The notes under the pieces were generated by a model, which saw nothing but the letters and a program-made list of their open reading frames with translations, did not search any database and was not told the DNA's origin. This document shows positions 45,251 through 56,169 of a stretch of 64,000 bases of DNA, in pieces. Source of the DNA: Diplonema japonicum (lineage: Eukaryota; Protista; Euglenozoa: Diplonemea). A program made the position numbers and the translations under genes. How positions within the stretch are numbered: the first letter of the stretch is position 1; each line of letters opens with the position of its first letter. The stretch is taken from contig OZ025725.1 in the NCBI GenBank assembly GCA_964019335.1, positions 1 to 64,000 on the forward strand. Direction: 5' to 3'.

Positions 45251-47860
45251 ATGAACATGGCACGCACTGAACCAGGCACCAGGCGCACGGTGAAGATCAG
45301 GTCAATGCTAATCTCGCTGCTGATCTTCCTCGTGTTCGGGACGGCGTTGGTGTCGTCGTACTTCACGATAACCATTGGGGCGAAGGCGGTGGAAGAAACG
45401 AAGGATGTGGGCGACGATGGTGTGGAACGGGCGTTTGCGAGCGGCGGCGTGAACGTGGCGTACATGACGAAGGAGTTCATGAAGAAGGTGACCGACGATG
45501 CTGTGAGCCAGATCCTTGCGCACTTCGGGATGTCAACGGCCAACACCGAGTACCTGGCAGGGTACGTAGCCTCTCTTGATGAGTCTACTGTTAAGAGCAC
45601 GGATTTCCTCGTGAACTTCGTGACTCAAACGAACTCCCTAGCACGTGCCAACTCAGCACGGGGCATCACTGAGTACGGCCTGCTGTTCCTCAAGAACGGA
45701 CATCTCTGGTACATCACGGTGCTGCAGGACCCGCTCACAACCGCGAACCCACCCGACGGCTTCCACCACTTCATCGCAATCATGACACTGAACGCCACGC
45801 ACTACGCTGAGATCTCCATCGACAGCAACGGTGCGCTTTCGACGCAGCCATGCGTCAGTGAGACACGTGACCCTACCCGTGAGCCCATCGGCTATTGCGA
45901 GTGGACAAGCGCGCGCATCGAGAATGGCGGCCAGACACAAATCACTAAAATGGTGTACAAATCGTTATCGAGGCCTGGGGACGTCCTCTGGGCACCCATC
46001 CACGGCGTGCTATCGTCAGTCAGAACTCTCACCATCACAAGCTTCAAGTTCGGGGGAGGCTTTGCTGGTATTCAAGACACAAACAACACATTGGATCTAG
46101 CAGTGGTGTGGTCTGCCGTTGTAACGGACGGGCTGTCCTCACTGCTGAAGTCGATGGAGCTTCCCGAGGGGAGCAGGCTGTACTGCATCGACATAGACAC
46201 CGAGGACAGGATGCAGACGCTCCTGGCGGGTGCCAACTACGGGGAGGCCTACGACGAGAGCATGAACCTCGAAACGAACTCCTTGCGGCGAACGCCCTCT
46301 TATGTGGTGAACTCAACAGACAACGTAATAAGCGCACACTCAAGGGACCTCCTTTCGCGGCCCACCATCAACACGGACGGCGTCTTCGACTGGCAGTACG
46401 AGAACGTCACGAATTGGGAAGCAGTCACTGCTCTTACTGATAAGTACAACTTGCTGTTGCACATTGTGTTGCTTGTCCCGCAGCACATAGTTATGGCGGA
46501 CATCAACAGAGAGACCGCCGCCGTGCAGGCGCTGATCAGTGAGAAGCACAGCGAGATGGAGCGCAAGCGTGACCGGAGCTATCAGGTCATGATGATCCTG
46601 GTGGTTTTGATCCCCATGTGCCTGCTCCTGTTGTCTGTGATTGTAGCACAGCGCATGATCATGCCCATCGAGGTGCTGAGCGAGCAGATGGCCGCCGTCT
46701 CGCAGATGCGCTTGGACATTCCACCACAAGAAGGGAGCGCTTTGAAGGAGGTGGAAACCATGCGGGTGTCCTTCGAGCGCATGGTGGATGCCCTAAGGGA
46801 GTACAAGTCGTACCTCCCGCAGACCATCCTTATGAGTGATGACAGCTCCGAGTCCGTCGAGCAGCCCAAAACGCCCAACACCTTCGACGCCATCAGCACT
46901 GACAAACCGGATGTCATCTCAGACACTGCTGCCGAAGGGCACAGCTCAGGGAGCCGTGGCAGCGACCCCACCACATCCAACAGGAGGTCCTCTAGCACGC
47001 AACGCCAGGCGTACCCGGACACAATCGCGAAGCTGTCTGTCCAGCTGTACGAGAGGCAGAATGCAGCGTTTGTGTTGCTCAACACCAAAGGCTTCACGGC
47101 ATACTGCCAGATGATCAAAGTGTCTGAGGTGTCAATTTTCCATAGAAAATGGTTGGAGGCCTGTTTGAAAAGCGTGAGGGTGTACAAGGGAATTGTGGAG
47201 AGGTTCATAGCAGACGAGCTGCAGGTAAGCTTCGGCGCAGCGTCAAGCGGTGTGCAGTGTTCCGTGAAGGCGTGCAGATACGTGGAAGAGGTGCGCTACA
47301 GCGTGACGAAGCTGGACGAGAAGTGCCCGAAAACTTTCATCGGCGTGTCCAGCGGTACAGTTCTTAGCGGGACGTTAGGATCGGCCACTCAAAGAGGCCC
47401 TGCCGTCATAGGGCAGGTGGTACGTGCAGCCAGGGTCATGAGACAGCTAGCAGTGCACCTTAATCTGGACATTATCACAACAGCTGCCGTGCATGAAGAA
47501 GCGAAGACGCACTTCAACATGTGCCCTGTCGACGTTGTGTCTATGAACACTGCAGCCATTAAGGCAGACACGGAACTGTGCTACTACTTGTTACTAGCAC
47601 ACCCCGAGAACCATAGTGAGTGGATGTACGCCTTGGAACAACAAAACCAGCAAGACCCGTGGCATGGATCGCTACAGCTGCTCCTCACATGTCAAATGGC
47701 GTCTGTTCTGCAAGAGCTGCAGCTGGCTGTGGAGAACGGTGTTGCGTCGGACCCCGCTGACCTAGTCGAGCACAAGAAGCAGTTCTTCAAAACTCTGGAG
47801 GAGAAAGCGGTTCTCGGCGGGCGTTATGTCCACCAGTACGTCCACACCTTTGTGTTATAA
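45251..47860 (+). CDS. Receptor-type class III nucleotide cyclase-like protein (2 TM, extracellular sensor, HAMP, degenerate cyclase)
   Basis: TM1, ~390-aa ectodomain, TM2, HAMP (PIEVLSEQMAAVSQMRL...EVETMRVSFERMVDALREYKSYLP), cyclase remnants LNTKGF, ERFIAD, IGVSSG..LSGTLGS, VIGQVV. Confidence 0.82.
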   Translation: MNMARTEPGTRRTVKIRSMLISLLIFLVFGTALVSSYFTITIGAKAVEETKDVGDDGVERAFASGGVNVAYMTKEFMKKVTDDAVSQILAHFGMSTANTEYLAGYVASLDESTVKSTDFLVNFVTQTNSLARANSARGITEYGLLFLKNGHLWYITVLQDPLTTANPPDGFHHFIAIMTLNATHYAEISIDSNGALSTQPCVSETRDPTREPIGYCEWTSARIENGGQTQITKMVYKSLSRPGDVLWAPIHGVLSSVRTLTITSFKFGGGFAGIQDTNNTLDLAVVWSAVVTDGLSSLLKSMELPEGSRLYCIDIDTEDRMQTLLAGANYGEAYDESMNLETNSLRRTPSYVVNSTDNVISAHSRDLLSRPTINTDGVFDWQYENVTNWEAVTALTDKYNLLLHIVLLVPQHIVMADINRETAAVQALISEKHSEMERKRDRSYQVMMILVVLIPMCLLLLSVIVAQRMIMPIEVLSEQMAAVSQMRLDIPPQEGSALKEVETMRVSFERMVDALREYKSYLPQTILMSDDSSESVEQPKTPNTFDAISTDKPDVISDTAAEGHSSGSRGSDPTTSNRRSSSTQRQAYPDTIAKLSVQLYERQNAAFVLLNTKGFTAYCQMIKVSEVSIFHRKWLEACLKSVRVYKGIVERFIADELQVSFGAASSGVQCSVKACRYVEEVRYSVTKLDEKCPKTFIGVSSGTVLSGTLGSATQRGPAVIGQVVRAARVMRQLAVHLNLDIITTAAVHEEAKTHFNMCPVDVVSMNTAAIKADTELCYYLLLAHPENHSEWMYALEQQNQQDPWHGSLQLLLTCQMASVLQELQLAVENGVASDPADLVEHKKQFFKTLEEKAVLGGRYVHQYVHTFVL

Positions 47861-48203
47861 TGCGGCGTGGAAAGAAAGGATGCGGAGCGGCTGCTGAGAC
47901 AGCTGCGCGAGAAATTTTTTCTTGCCCCTTTGGTCAAAAAGAGGGTAAAGTCAGATGGGATAAATCCCCCCCCCCCCCCCCCCCCCTGCAAAATATTGTT
48001 TTCGGGTTTTGGACTTCGTAGAAGTCATTCCTGGTTCCTTTCGTGACTCTTCACTCTCCACACATATGTACCTGCACCTGTATTTTTTAATGTGTGTGTT
48101 TGCGTGAGTTCTCTCCCCCCCCCCTTTTTTTCTTTTGTCTTGTTATTTACACATAAGAAAAAAAAAGAAAAAGAAAGAAGAAAAGAAAGAAAAGAATAAA
48201 AAA

Positions 48204-48435
48204 ACTAGTTGGCTTCACTTGTTTGTGCGCACGAGCGGTATTTTCCATGATAACATAACTCATCACGTTGCCATCAATCTAGTTTTTTTTCTTCTTCTTT
48301 TTTTTTTTTTTGGAACGACCCCAAAAGGGGAGCATCATAAGGTAGACACGCCGCGGCGGGCCGTTGCTAACCACTTCGTTCCTATCATAGTGAATTTTTT
48401 TTTTTAAAAGTCTCGACAATAAAATTGTTAGAACA
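48204..48435 (-). repeat. Longer copy of the short ...ACTAGT element
   Basis: Reverse complement gives ctaacaattttattgtcgagac...~120 bp extra...ctagattgatggcaacgtgatgag...ccgctcgtgcgcacaaacaa...aactagt, homologous to 1081-1190. Confidence 0.7.
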
Positions 48436-48483
48436 AAAAAAAAAAGTAAGCAAAACAAATGCGGGGTTATTTTTCTCTTCTCT

Positions 48484-48514
<31 letters not shown>

Positions 48515-49735
48515 GCGTTCCCCGTCAAGAGATCCCACACTTAATATTGCCTGTTTGATAACTTGCTGAAATGGTGGTAAGCCTTTTTTTTGGGGGGGGG
48601 TGGGTTGTGTCAAAAAAGAGGAAAATTTGTGCATTTTATATTTTTTTTATTTTCTTGCTCTAATAAAATCACAAAAAAAAAACCCCCTTTTTTTTCTCTT
48701 GTAAAATCTATGTAATGATGGTACGCAGTAACTTTTCCCTCCCTTAACTTCCCCCCCCCCTTTTTTTCTCTTTGCAGCACGCTGCATAACTTGGGTGTAT
48801 TCACTGTGGATTCATTAAAGTACCCCAGACAGCATCTTGCATGCTTTTATAAAAAAAAACAAGGAACAAATTTAATCTTTTTTTTTTGATATTTTTTTCT
48901 TTTTTTTTTTAGAAGAGAGGAAAAAAAAAATGAAAATAATTTGTTCTTTTTTCTTTTTCACCCCCCTGTCCGCCACGTATGACGGGATATCGCTCCCCCC
49001 CCTTTTTTTTTCCTTTACCGCCCGAACGCTTTTTATTCTAGTTTTTTTTTTTTCTTGCCCCCTCTTCTCATTTAGTAGCGATTATTTTCCTCCCTGGACC
49101 TGCCCTTGCTCGCAAGTAGTGTCTGAGCTGTGGGCGATCGGGACTTTAGTCTTAGCTGCAAAATCTTTTAAAATAAATCTATTTTTTTCTTCTTCTCGTG
49201 TCTTTACTATTCACTCGGTTGGCTTGCGCGCCTGTTTTTTTTTTTCTTTTTTTTCTCTTCCTTCTTCTCTTCTCCTCTTTTTTTTTTTTCATCCCCCTCC
49301 CCCAGCACACGTAAAGCTCCTGCCCATGTAATGATGGGCTGAAAAAAAAAAAGAAAAATGAATAAATGTTTTCATCACTCCCCCCCCCCCCTTTTTTTTG
49401 TCCCTACTTTGCCCCCTTTTCTCTCTTTTCGTCCAACGTTCCCTTCTAAGTTCAAAAAAAAAAGGAAGAAAGAAACACCCAACACAACTAACTAGAAGGT
49501 AAAAAAAAAAAAAAAAAACAAAAAAAAAAAACAGAACAACTCTCAATTCCTGTTTATGTCAAGTTTTTCTGTTTTTTTTTTTTTCCTCTCTTGTTTCCCC
49601 CCCCTCTTTCTTTTGCATGCTCCCTGTTTTTCTCTTTTTTTTTTTTTCTCTCTCTCTCTCTCTTTTTTCTTTTCTTACCCCCATTCTCCTCGCACTATTT
49701 GTATCCCACTGTGCAGAACAAAGAGAGAGAAAAAA

Positions 49736-51361
49736 ATGAGAACGTTGCCAGCCGTACTGATGATGTGCCTCAGTGGCGCTGCCCTGGGTGTTGTGCATGA
49801 GAAAGTGAGTGCACCAGAGGGGTGGGTGCGTGGGGAGGCTGCGAAGGATGAACTGCTTGAGTTCACCTTTGCCGTGAAGCACACTGCGGAGGCCAAGAGG
49901 TGGTTGGAGGAGAAGGTGAAGGAGGTGAGCACCCCTGGGGGCAAGGGCTACGGAAGGTACCTGTCCCTTGAGCAGTTGACCTCCAAGATGGCGGTCCCTG
50001 CCACCAACCTCAACACCGTTGTGTCGTCCCTTGAGGCTGCAGGCATGACGAACGTGGAGGTTCTTGCCTCAAAGGACTTCGTCAGGGCATACGCCGACTC
50101 CGCCACTGCCGCTCTCTACTTCAACACGGAGTTCTGCCAGTGGTCGCACCCCGTCACAGGGAAGACCACCACTAAGGCCTGCAGCCCTCAGTACGAGCTG
50201 CCCGAGGCAATCTCCCCCCTTGTCGACTTCGTTGCCGGCCTCGTGCACTTCCCGCTCCTCAACAAGATGACTGTCGGGCAGCCCATGATGTCTGGCCTCG
50301 GCTCCCTCGTCGACACCTTGAGAACCACCTACAACACGACAGGTGCCAAGCCCGCTGCTGGCAGCAAGACGTCCGCATGCTTCACACAGTTCCTTGAGCA
50401 GTGGTACTCCCCCGCCGACCTCCAGGCCTTCCTCGAGCACTACTCCCCCTCCCAGAAGGGACAGACCGTCGTCAAGAAGGTGGGCCCCTGGCAGTCCGGC
50501 CACGGTGTGGAGGCGGAGCTCGACGCGCAGTACCTCACAGGGATGGCCAACGGTGTCGCCACCTGGGTGTGGTCCAACACCAACAAGAACGCTGTCAACA
50601 ACCAAGAGCCGTGGGCACAGTTCTTCACAAACGTGTCCATTGCGACGGACGTCCCGAACCTGTTCTCGATCTCGTACGGCGAGGGGGAGAACACCCTCAC
50701 CAAGGTGTACATGGACAGGAGCGACATGGAGCTCCAGAAGATCGCAGCGAGAGGGATCACTGTGATGTCTGCCTCTGGTGACAACGGGTCGGGCTGCACC
50801 AAGAAGAGGTTCGTGGCGAACTTCCCTGCCGCCCTGCCGCACATCACATCTGTGGGCGCGACCAACACGTGCGACAAGGGGTCCGGGTGCGCAGGCTTCT
50901 CCAGCGGTGGGTTCAGCGACTACTACACAAGGCCCGCGTGGCAGGAGGCTGCGGTGTCGGAGTACCTTGCTAAGAAGGACATCATCCCTGAGGCGTCGTA
51001 CTTCAACGCCACTGGGAGGGCATACCCTGATGTCGCTGCCTGTGGCAACGTTCTGATCTGTGTGGAGCGTGTGTGCGGGATGCCTGTTGCAGGGACCTCG
51101 TGCGCGTCCCCCATCTTCACTGGTGTCCTGGCACTTGTCAGCGATGCCCTCATCGCTGCAGGAAAGCCCGCCCTCGGTTTCGTCTCTCCTGCTTTGTACA
51201 AGGCGTACGGCACCAACCCCAAAACCTTCACCGACGTCACCACCGGTAGCACTCAGGGCTGCGAGCTTCAGAAGTGGAAGGCTGCCTCTGGTTGGGACGC
51301 GACCACTGGGCTCGGCACCCCTGTGTACTCTGAGCTCCTTGCCGCCCTCAAGGCCATGTAG
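49736..51361 (+). CDS. TPP1: Tripeptidyl-peptidase I / sedolisin (S53) precursor
   Basis: Signal peptide, pro-kumamolisin domain (EVSTP....YGRYLS), EAELD, SISYG, SGDNG, GRAYPDVAA, GTSCASP, GWDATTGLGTP. Confidence 0.93.
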   Translation: MRTLPAVLMMCLSGAALGVVHEKVSAPEGWVRGEAAKDELLEFTFAVKHTAEAKRWLEEKVKEVSTPGGKGYGRYLSLEQLTSKMAVPATNLNTVVSSLEAAGMTNVEVLASKDFVRAYADSATAALYFNTEFCQWSHPVTGKTTTKACSPQYELPEAISPLVDFVAGLVHFPLLNKMTVGQPMMSGLGSLVDTLRTTYNTTGAKPAAGSKTSACFTQFLEQWYSPADLQAFLEHYSPSQKGQTVVKKVGPWQSGHGVEAELDAQYLTGMANGVATWVWSNTNKNAVNNQEPWAQFFTNVSIATDVPNLFSISYGEGENTLTKVYMDRSDMELQKIAARGITVMSASGDNGSGCTKKRFVANFPAALPHITSVGATNTCDKGSGCAGFSSGGFSDYYTRPAWQEAAVSEYLAKKDIIPEASYFNATGRAYPDVAACGNVLICVERVCGMPVAGTSCASPIFTGVLALVSDALIAAGKPALGFVSPALYKAYGTNPKTFTDVTTGSTQGCELQKWKAASGWDATTGLGTPVYSELLAALKAM

Positions 51362-52011
51362 GTGGAGTAATTGTCTTTTTTTTTTTTTCTTTTTTTTTTT
51401 TTGTTAAACTTTTTGTTCGTTGCAACGATGATACTATAAAATTTTGAAAAAAGAACCAGAGTGCCATCTTCTTTGAGGAGGCACTCTTGGTTCCGTGTAT
51501 CTCGGAACATAAGCGTGCAGTTTTTTTTTTCTTTTCTTTTTATTTTTCCTTTTTTTTTTTCGCGTGGTTTCTTTTTTTTTAATTTCTTTTTCCAGAAATA
51601 TGATTTAACACCCCTCCCATGCTATCGTTCAAAGGGCAGAAAATGAAAATAAAAAAAAAGAGAGGGAGAGGGTGAGGGAAAAAAAAAAAAAAGAAACTCA
51701 CAACACGGCATTTGAAAAATGTGCTTTTTTTTTTGATGCGTTTCCCTCCCTTCTCTCTTTTCCTTTTTATTTATTTATTTTTTTTTATACGGCTGTATAT
51801 TACGCACGTTTTTAAAAAAAAAATCCGTGATTTTTTTATCTGATCCCCCCCCCCTTTCAAATATTTCTTTTTTTCCCTTTTTTTTATTCCAACGTGGAAA
51901 GAAAAAAAAAAGAAAAAAGAAGAAAACAAAAAAGAGTGGAGTGCTGTTTTTTTTTTTTTTTCCCCCTTTTTTTATTTATTACTCTTCTTCAAAAAATTCT
52001 TATCCCCCGCG

Positions 52012-52048
<37 letters not shown>

Positions 52049-52085
52049 TTCAAAAAAAAAAAGAAAAACACATCACCCACCCCAA

Positions 52086-52865
52086 ATGCCGATATTAATA
52101 GCAAGACACGGCGAACGCGAGGATTATGTTGATTCAAAGGCGTTTCTGAACAGCAAGCTGGGGAAGGCGAGGCCGTGGGACCCGGAGCTCACAACAGCAG
52201 GGAAGAGACAAGGAAGAAAACTGGGAGAACGGATTCGAAAAGAATGTCAAAAAAGAGGCTGGGGAACCGTAAAACGAATCTACGCAAGCCCTTTCATCAG
52301 AACAGTCCAAACCGCCGAAGAAGCCTCGAAAGCTCTAGACATCCACGAAATTCACGTTGAAGACGGCGTCGTAGAAAGCCTATCTCAACTATGGTTCAGA
52401 AGCTGGGCAGTACCCGGGGCCGATACCACCTGGGGAGGTCCACCCCACTGTCTTCCTGGCGTTCACGTTCCACTTGAAGAACTGCATCCTTTAGCACTGA
52501 AGGGTCCTTCATCATGGATGCACTCGCCGTCCGAGCTCAAATCCTATTCCGCACTGGTTAACGACTCCTACAAACCTATCAGCGATGTCAGATCACATAA
52601 ATTAAGTTGGACTTCTGCGGAAGTCATGGATACCTCCACCGCTGCCCGTTTGCGGTCTACTATTCATGGATTGCACCAGAGGCACGCTGACGAGACCATC
52701 TTGGTCATCACGCACGGTGGGCCGGCCACGGGGCTTTACTATTCCCTCACCGGATTGGACGAAAGGCCGATCTCCGATTACACGTCGCTTTACGCGTACC
52801 ACCCTAAGAAGGGGGCGCCTTGGGAATGTGTCATTGCGGGTTGCAATAAACACATTCATGAATGA
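52086..52865 (+). CDS. Histidine phosphatase (phosphoglycerate mutase superfamily)
   Basis: ILIARHGERED, DPELT..G..Q, IYASPFIRTVQTA, ILVITHGG. Confidence 0.9.
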   Translation: MPILIARHGEREDYVDSKAFLNSKLGKARPWDPELTTAGKRQGRKLGERIRKECQKRGWGTVKRIYASPFIRTVQTAEEASKALDIHEIHVEDGVVESLSQLWFRSWAVPGADTTWGGPPHCLPGVHVPLEELHPLALKGPSSWMHSPSELKSYSALVNDSYKPISDVRSHKLSWTSAEVMDTSTAARLRSTIHGLHQRHADETILVITHGGPATGLYYSLTGLDERPISDYTSLYAYHPKKGAPWECVIAGCNKHIHE

Positions 52866-52905
<40 letters not shown>

Positions 52906-52984
52906 TTGTTGTTGTTGTCGTTCTTCCCCCTAGCAGCCTTCATGAAAAGTGTTTTTTTTTTTATTTATTTATTTATTTTATTTA

Positions 52985-53673
52985 CGCTCCATATTCGCTA
53001 AGTGACCCGCCCTATGTCCCAAAGGGGTTATAGGGGGCTATAGGGGAAAAAAAATGTCAAAAATGCCCAAAGGTTCATTGAATTTTTTTTTTCAAAAAAT
53101 CCATATGTCGAACATGAAAGAACGGTGAGTTCCAAGGAAGTTCCAAAAAGATTTTTCCAAAAAAAAAATATTGGGGGCCAACCAAAATGACCTTGGAAGT
53201 CGCCATTTTGAGTTTTGGCCATTTTTGCCAAACTTTTGCAACTGGGCACTTTTCCCTTTGAAAAACATGGTAAACAGGGTAAGAAGGGAACCTACTCCAC
53301 CCACTATGCCGGATGCGTGAGTAAAGATGGGGGGTCAGAGTTTTGAATTCCTGTGTGGTAGAGTGGTTACCGTGCTCACCTGTCAGGCCCCCTTGTTCCA
53401 GGAGTCGCGGGTTCGAATCCCGACGCAGTGGTTTTTTCATCAGGGTTCGAACCCCACTTGTGCCGTGTTTTTTCCACCGGAGCTGCTTCATTTTGTATAG
53501 TACAAAGTAAGGCAAATCACCAAAAAAAAATTTATTACAAAAAGAAATTCCATATGTCGAACATTGGGCCCCGGACGCAAATAAATCCATTCCAACCCTA
53601 GAAAAAGCAATTAGAAATTTTTTTAGCTCTTCAAAATGCGGGTTCTGGTGGGTCTCTTAGCGAATATGGAGCG
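52985..53673. mobile_element. 689-bp MITE with 27-bp TIRs and TTA target duplication (PIF/Harbinger-type TSD)
   Basis: CGCTCCATATTCGCTAAGTGACCCGCC (52985-53011) vs GGTGGGTCTCTTAGCGAATATGGAGCG (53647-53673), 2 mismatches. TTA on both sides. Internal direct repeat TCCATATGTCGAACAT at 53100-53115 and 53549-53564. Confidence 0.85.
53349..53437 (+). ncRNA. tRNA-Asp(GTC)-derived Pol III cassette / tRNA pseudogene inside the MITE
   Basis: A-box TGGTAGAGTGG (53356-66), CT-GTC-A at 53380-85, B-box GGTTCGAATCC (53410-20), acceptor pairing CTGTG/CGCAG, T6 terminator at 53432-37. The anticodon stem does not pair and ~11 extra nt are present. Confidence 0.65.
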
Positions 53674-53950
53674 TTATTATTATTTTTTTTTTTTTGCACA
53701 ACAGCCGTTCATTTTAAAATCGCCTGTTTTTACAGGTTCTAAAAGAAAAAAAAGAAGGGGGGGGGAACGGGTATTTTTTGTTGTTGTGCATCCAAGCTAT
53801 AAACCCTCTGCTGGAAATGCACACAAAAAAAAAGAGGGGGGAGGGCCTTTTAACTACCTGCCATATTTTTCTTCCGTTTGTACTTACCCCCCTCCCCCAC
53901 CCCAACACATTATCTTCCTTCACCTTTCCCCACAGGATGGCAGGCACACG

Positions 53951-54805
53951 ATGTTCTGCACACCATTGCAAATCAACAAGATAGAAAAAGATGAGGTGGA
54001 GGGGAAAGGCAGGTGCTTGATAGCCACCGATGACATACAAGAGGGCGAGACAATACTGACAGAAGCGGTGGTGGTGGGAGGAACGTCCTGGTGCGCTGGG
54101 GTGGTGGGGGGCAACAAGAAGTTGTATGAAGCACTATGGCCCCGGCTGGGCCACAGATGGACCAGAGGTGTCATTGACACCGTGGTACAGGAAAAGCTGA
54201 AATGCAACCTATACGGAGGGGGCACTGGCGGGATCAATATGCTGTCAGAAACAGTGGCGATGGCCAACCACAGCTGCACCCCAAACACTCGTCTATCGGG
54301 CCATCTTGTACAAGTCTTTGGAACCCCTTTGCATGTGGTATCGATGACAGCACTTACAAACATAACCAACAAGGAGGAGGTTACTGTTTCATATTCAGCA
54401 ACTGCTGGGCACGAGTCGACCCTGTGGGGGTTCACCTGTTCTTGTTCGCTGTCCCTTTCCGACCGACAAGCTGCCGCAGGCCGTGTGAAAGCGCTCCCTC
54501 TACCCGAACTTGATCTTGCGGCGCTCGATGTCGCGTCGCTGCCTGTTCAGGTGACGCACTTCACGCACACCCTGCTAGCCGTGGACGACCTCCTCCTTGG
54601 GTGCGCCGACGTTTACCAACCTGGCGAAAACTTCTTCACCCTCAACCCTGATGCGGACCGTGATATTGAAGACGCAGGCCCACAAATTTACTTCCCACGA
54701 TACCTCGCAAGGCGATGGGAAGAACTGTATGGTGAGGCCTGCGACGGGTCTCTCGTTATGGACAAAATGCACACCTGTGGGGTGTCAGGGGTGTTGTCAG
54801 ACTAA
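53951..54805 (+). CDS. SET-domain protein (SMYD-like lysine methyltransferase)
   Basis: GKGRCLIATDDIQEGETILTE, ANHSCTPN, EEVTVSY, WGFTCSC. Confidence 0.85.
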   Translation: MFCTPLQINKIEKDEVEGKGRCLIATDDIQEGETILTEAVVVGGTSWCAGVVGGNKKLYEALWPRLGHRWTRGVIDTVVQEKLKCNLYGGGTGGINMLSETVAMANHSCTPNTRLSGHLVQVFGTPLHVVSMTALTNITNKEEVTVSYSATAGHESTLWGFTCSCSLSLSDRQAAAGRVKALPLPELDLAALDVASLPVQVTHFTHTLLAVDDLLLGCADVYQPGENFFTLNPDADRDIEDAGPQIYFPRYLARRWEELYGEACDGSLVMDKMHTCGVSGVLSD

Positions 54806-54885
54806 CTTTTCTTTTAAAATTAAAAAAGAAAAAAAAACTACTATTCTTTTTAAACAGTGGAGGGGGGGAAGGAACAACATACAAA

Positions 54886-55992
54886 ATGCGAACTAAAATG
54901 TTGCTACTAGGCCTAGCCGTGCGGCTGGCGGTTGTTCTGTATGCAATGTGGCACGACGAGCACATGCCTGTGAAGTACACAGACATCGACTACGAGGTGT
55001 TCACAGACGCCGCAGGGTTCGTTGAGAAGGGAGGATCACCCTACGAGCGGCAGACCTATAGGTACCCCCCTGTCCTGGCATGGGTGTTGCTACCATGCGG
55101 GTCAGTTAAGATCTTTGGGAAGATCCTGTTCTCCGTGGTGGACGTGCTGATTGGATACGTGATGTGCAAAGCTGGTGCCTCAGAGCGTGCGTCCCTTCTC
55201 CTGTGGGTCTTCAACCCGATCGTCATCAACGTCTCGACAAGAGGAAACGCTGACTCGCTGGTCCTTCTTCCTCTGCTCGCAGCGCTGTACTGCCTGCAAA
55301 GCAGGGGGTTCTTCGCATCGGGGACTCTTCTCGGTGTTGCCGTTCATCTCCGGTTGTTCCCTGTTATTTATTTACCGTGCATCGGGTTATACTTGTTGAT
55401 CGTTGATGAGACGCTACGGGGAAAGCTGTCTGCAATTGTACGATTTGGTTTAGGGTTTGTTGCTGCACTGGCCGGGCTTACATTCGTTTCGTACAGATTG
55501 TATGGTGATGATTATCTGGAGAACGCGTATTTTTATCATTATGGGAGGGTGGACCATAGGCATAATTTGTCGGCTTATTTCCTCCCCGCGTACCTTGGTG
55601 TGGGCGTGCACGGTGGATTTTTCCCGCAGTTGTTGTCCATTCTTGCGGTAAGCTTCAGGTTCTTCAGGTATCCTGGGTACGCCATGCTTGTAGTGACGAT
55701 GCTCTTCGTCACCTTGAACAAGGTGGTCACTGTTCAGTACTTCACGTGGTACTTCTCTCTCCTCCCTGTTGCCGCGCCGTACTTTTCCCTTTCTTCGCGA
55801 ACCGTTTTTGCCATTGTCTTGACCTGGCTACTTTCACTCATCCTCTGGCTTGGCACTGCATACCACCTGGAGTTCAAAGGCTTTCCACTGTATACTCCCC
55901 TCTGGTCATGCAGCCTCCTCTTCCTCGCGGCGAACACTTTCGCAGTGTTCTCTGTCATCCGTGGTTTCACAGGCAAGCTGAAGCAAGGTTAA
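54886..55992 (+). CDS. PIGM: GPI mannosyltransferase 1 (PIG-M/Gpi14)
   Basis: VKYTDIDYEVFTDAA, SPYERQTYRYPP, NVSTRGNADS, YHYGRVDHRHN, FVTLNKVVTVQYFTWY. Confidence 0.95.
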   Translation: MRTKMLLLGLAVRLAVVLYAMWHDEHMPVKYTDIDYEVFTDAAGFVEKGGSPYERQTYRYPPVLAWVLLPCGSVKIFGKILFSVVDVLIGYVMCKAGASERASLLLWVFNPIVINVSTRGNADSLVLLPLLAALYCLQSRGFFASGTLLGVAVHLRLFPVIYLPCIGLYLLIVDETLRGKLSAIVRFGLGFVAALAGLTFVSYRLYGDDYLENAYFYHYGRVDHRHNLSAYFLPAYLGVGVHGGFFPQLLSILAVSFRFFRYPGYAMLVVTMLFVTLNKVVTVQYFTWYFSLLPVAAPYFSLSSRTVFAIVLTWLLSLILWLGTAYHLEFKGFPLYTPLWSCSLLFLAANTFAVFSVIRGFTGKLKQG

Positions 55993-56169
55993 AAAAAACT
56001 GTCCCCTTTTATTTTCTTTTTTTTAAAATAAATTCTGGTGATTCTTTTTTCCATAAAAAAAGGACTTTTTGTTTTTTTGGGTTTCTTGTCAATACGTACA
56101 CTTGTTTTTTTTTTTTTCTTTTTTTTTTTCTTTTCTTTTCTCTTTTTTTCTTTTTTTTATTTGCGTCGC

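Noticed and set aside
53636-53950. N-terminal extensions in the ORF track for SET (and similarly TPP1, the phosphatase and the 56038 ORF)
   Set aside because: They run through homopolymer tracts or the MITE end. Downstream ATGs fit the domain starts better.
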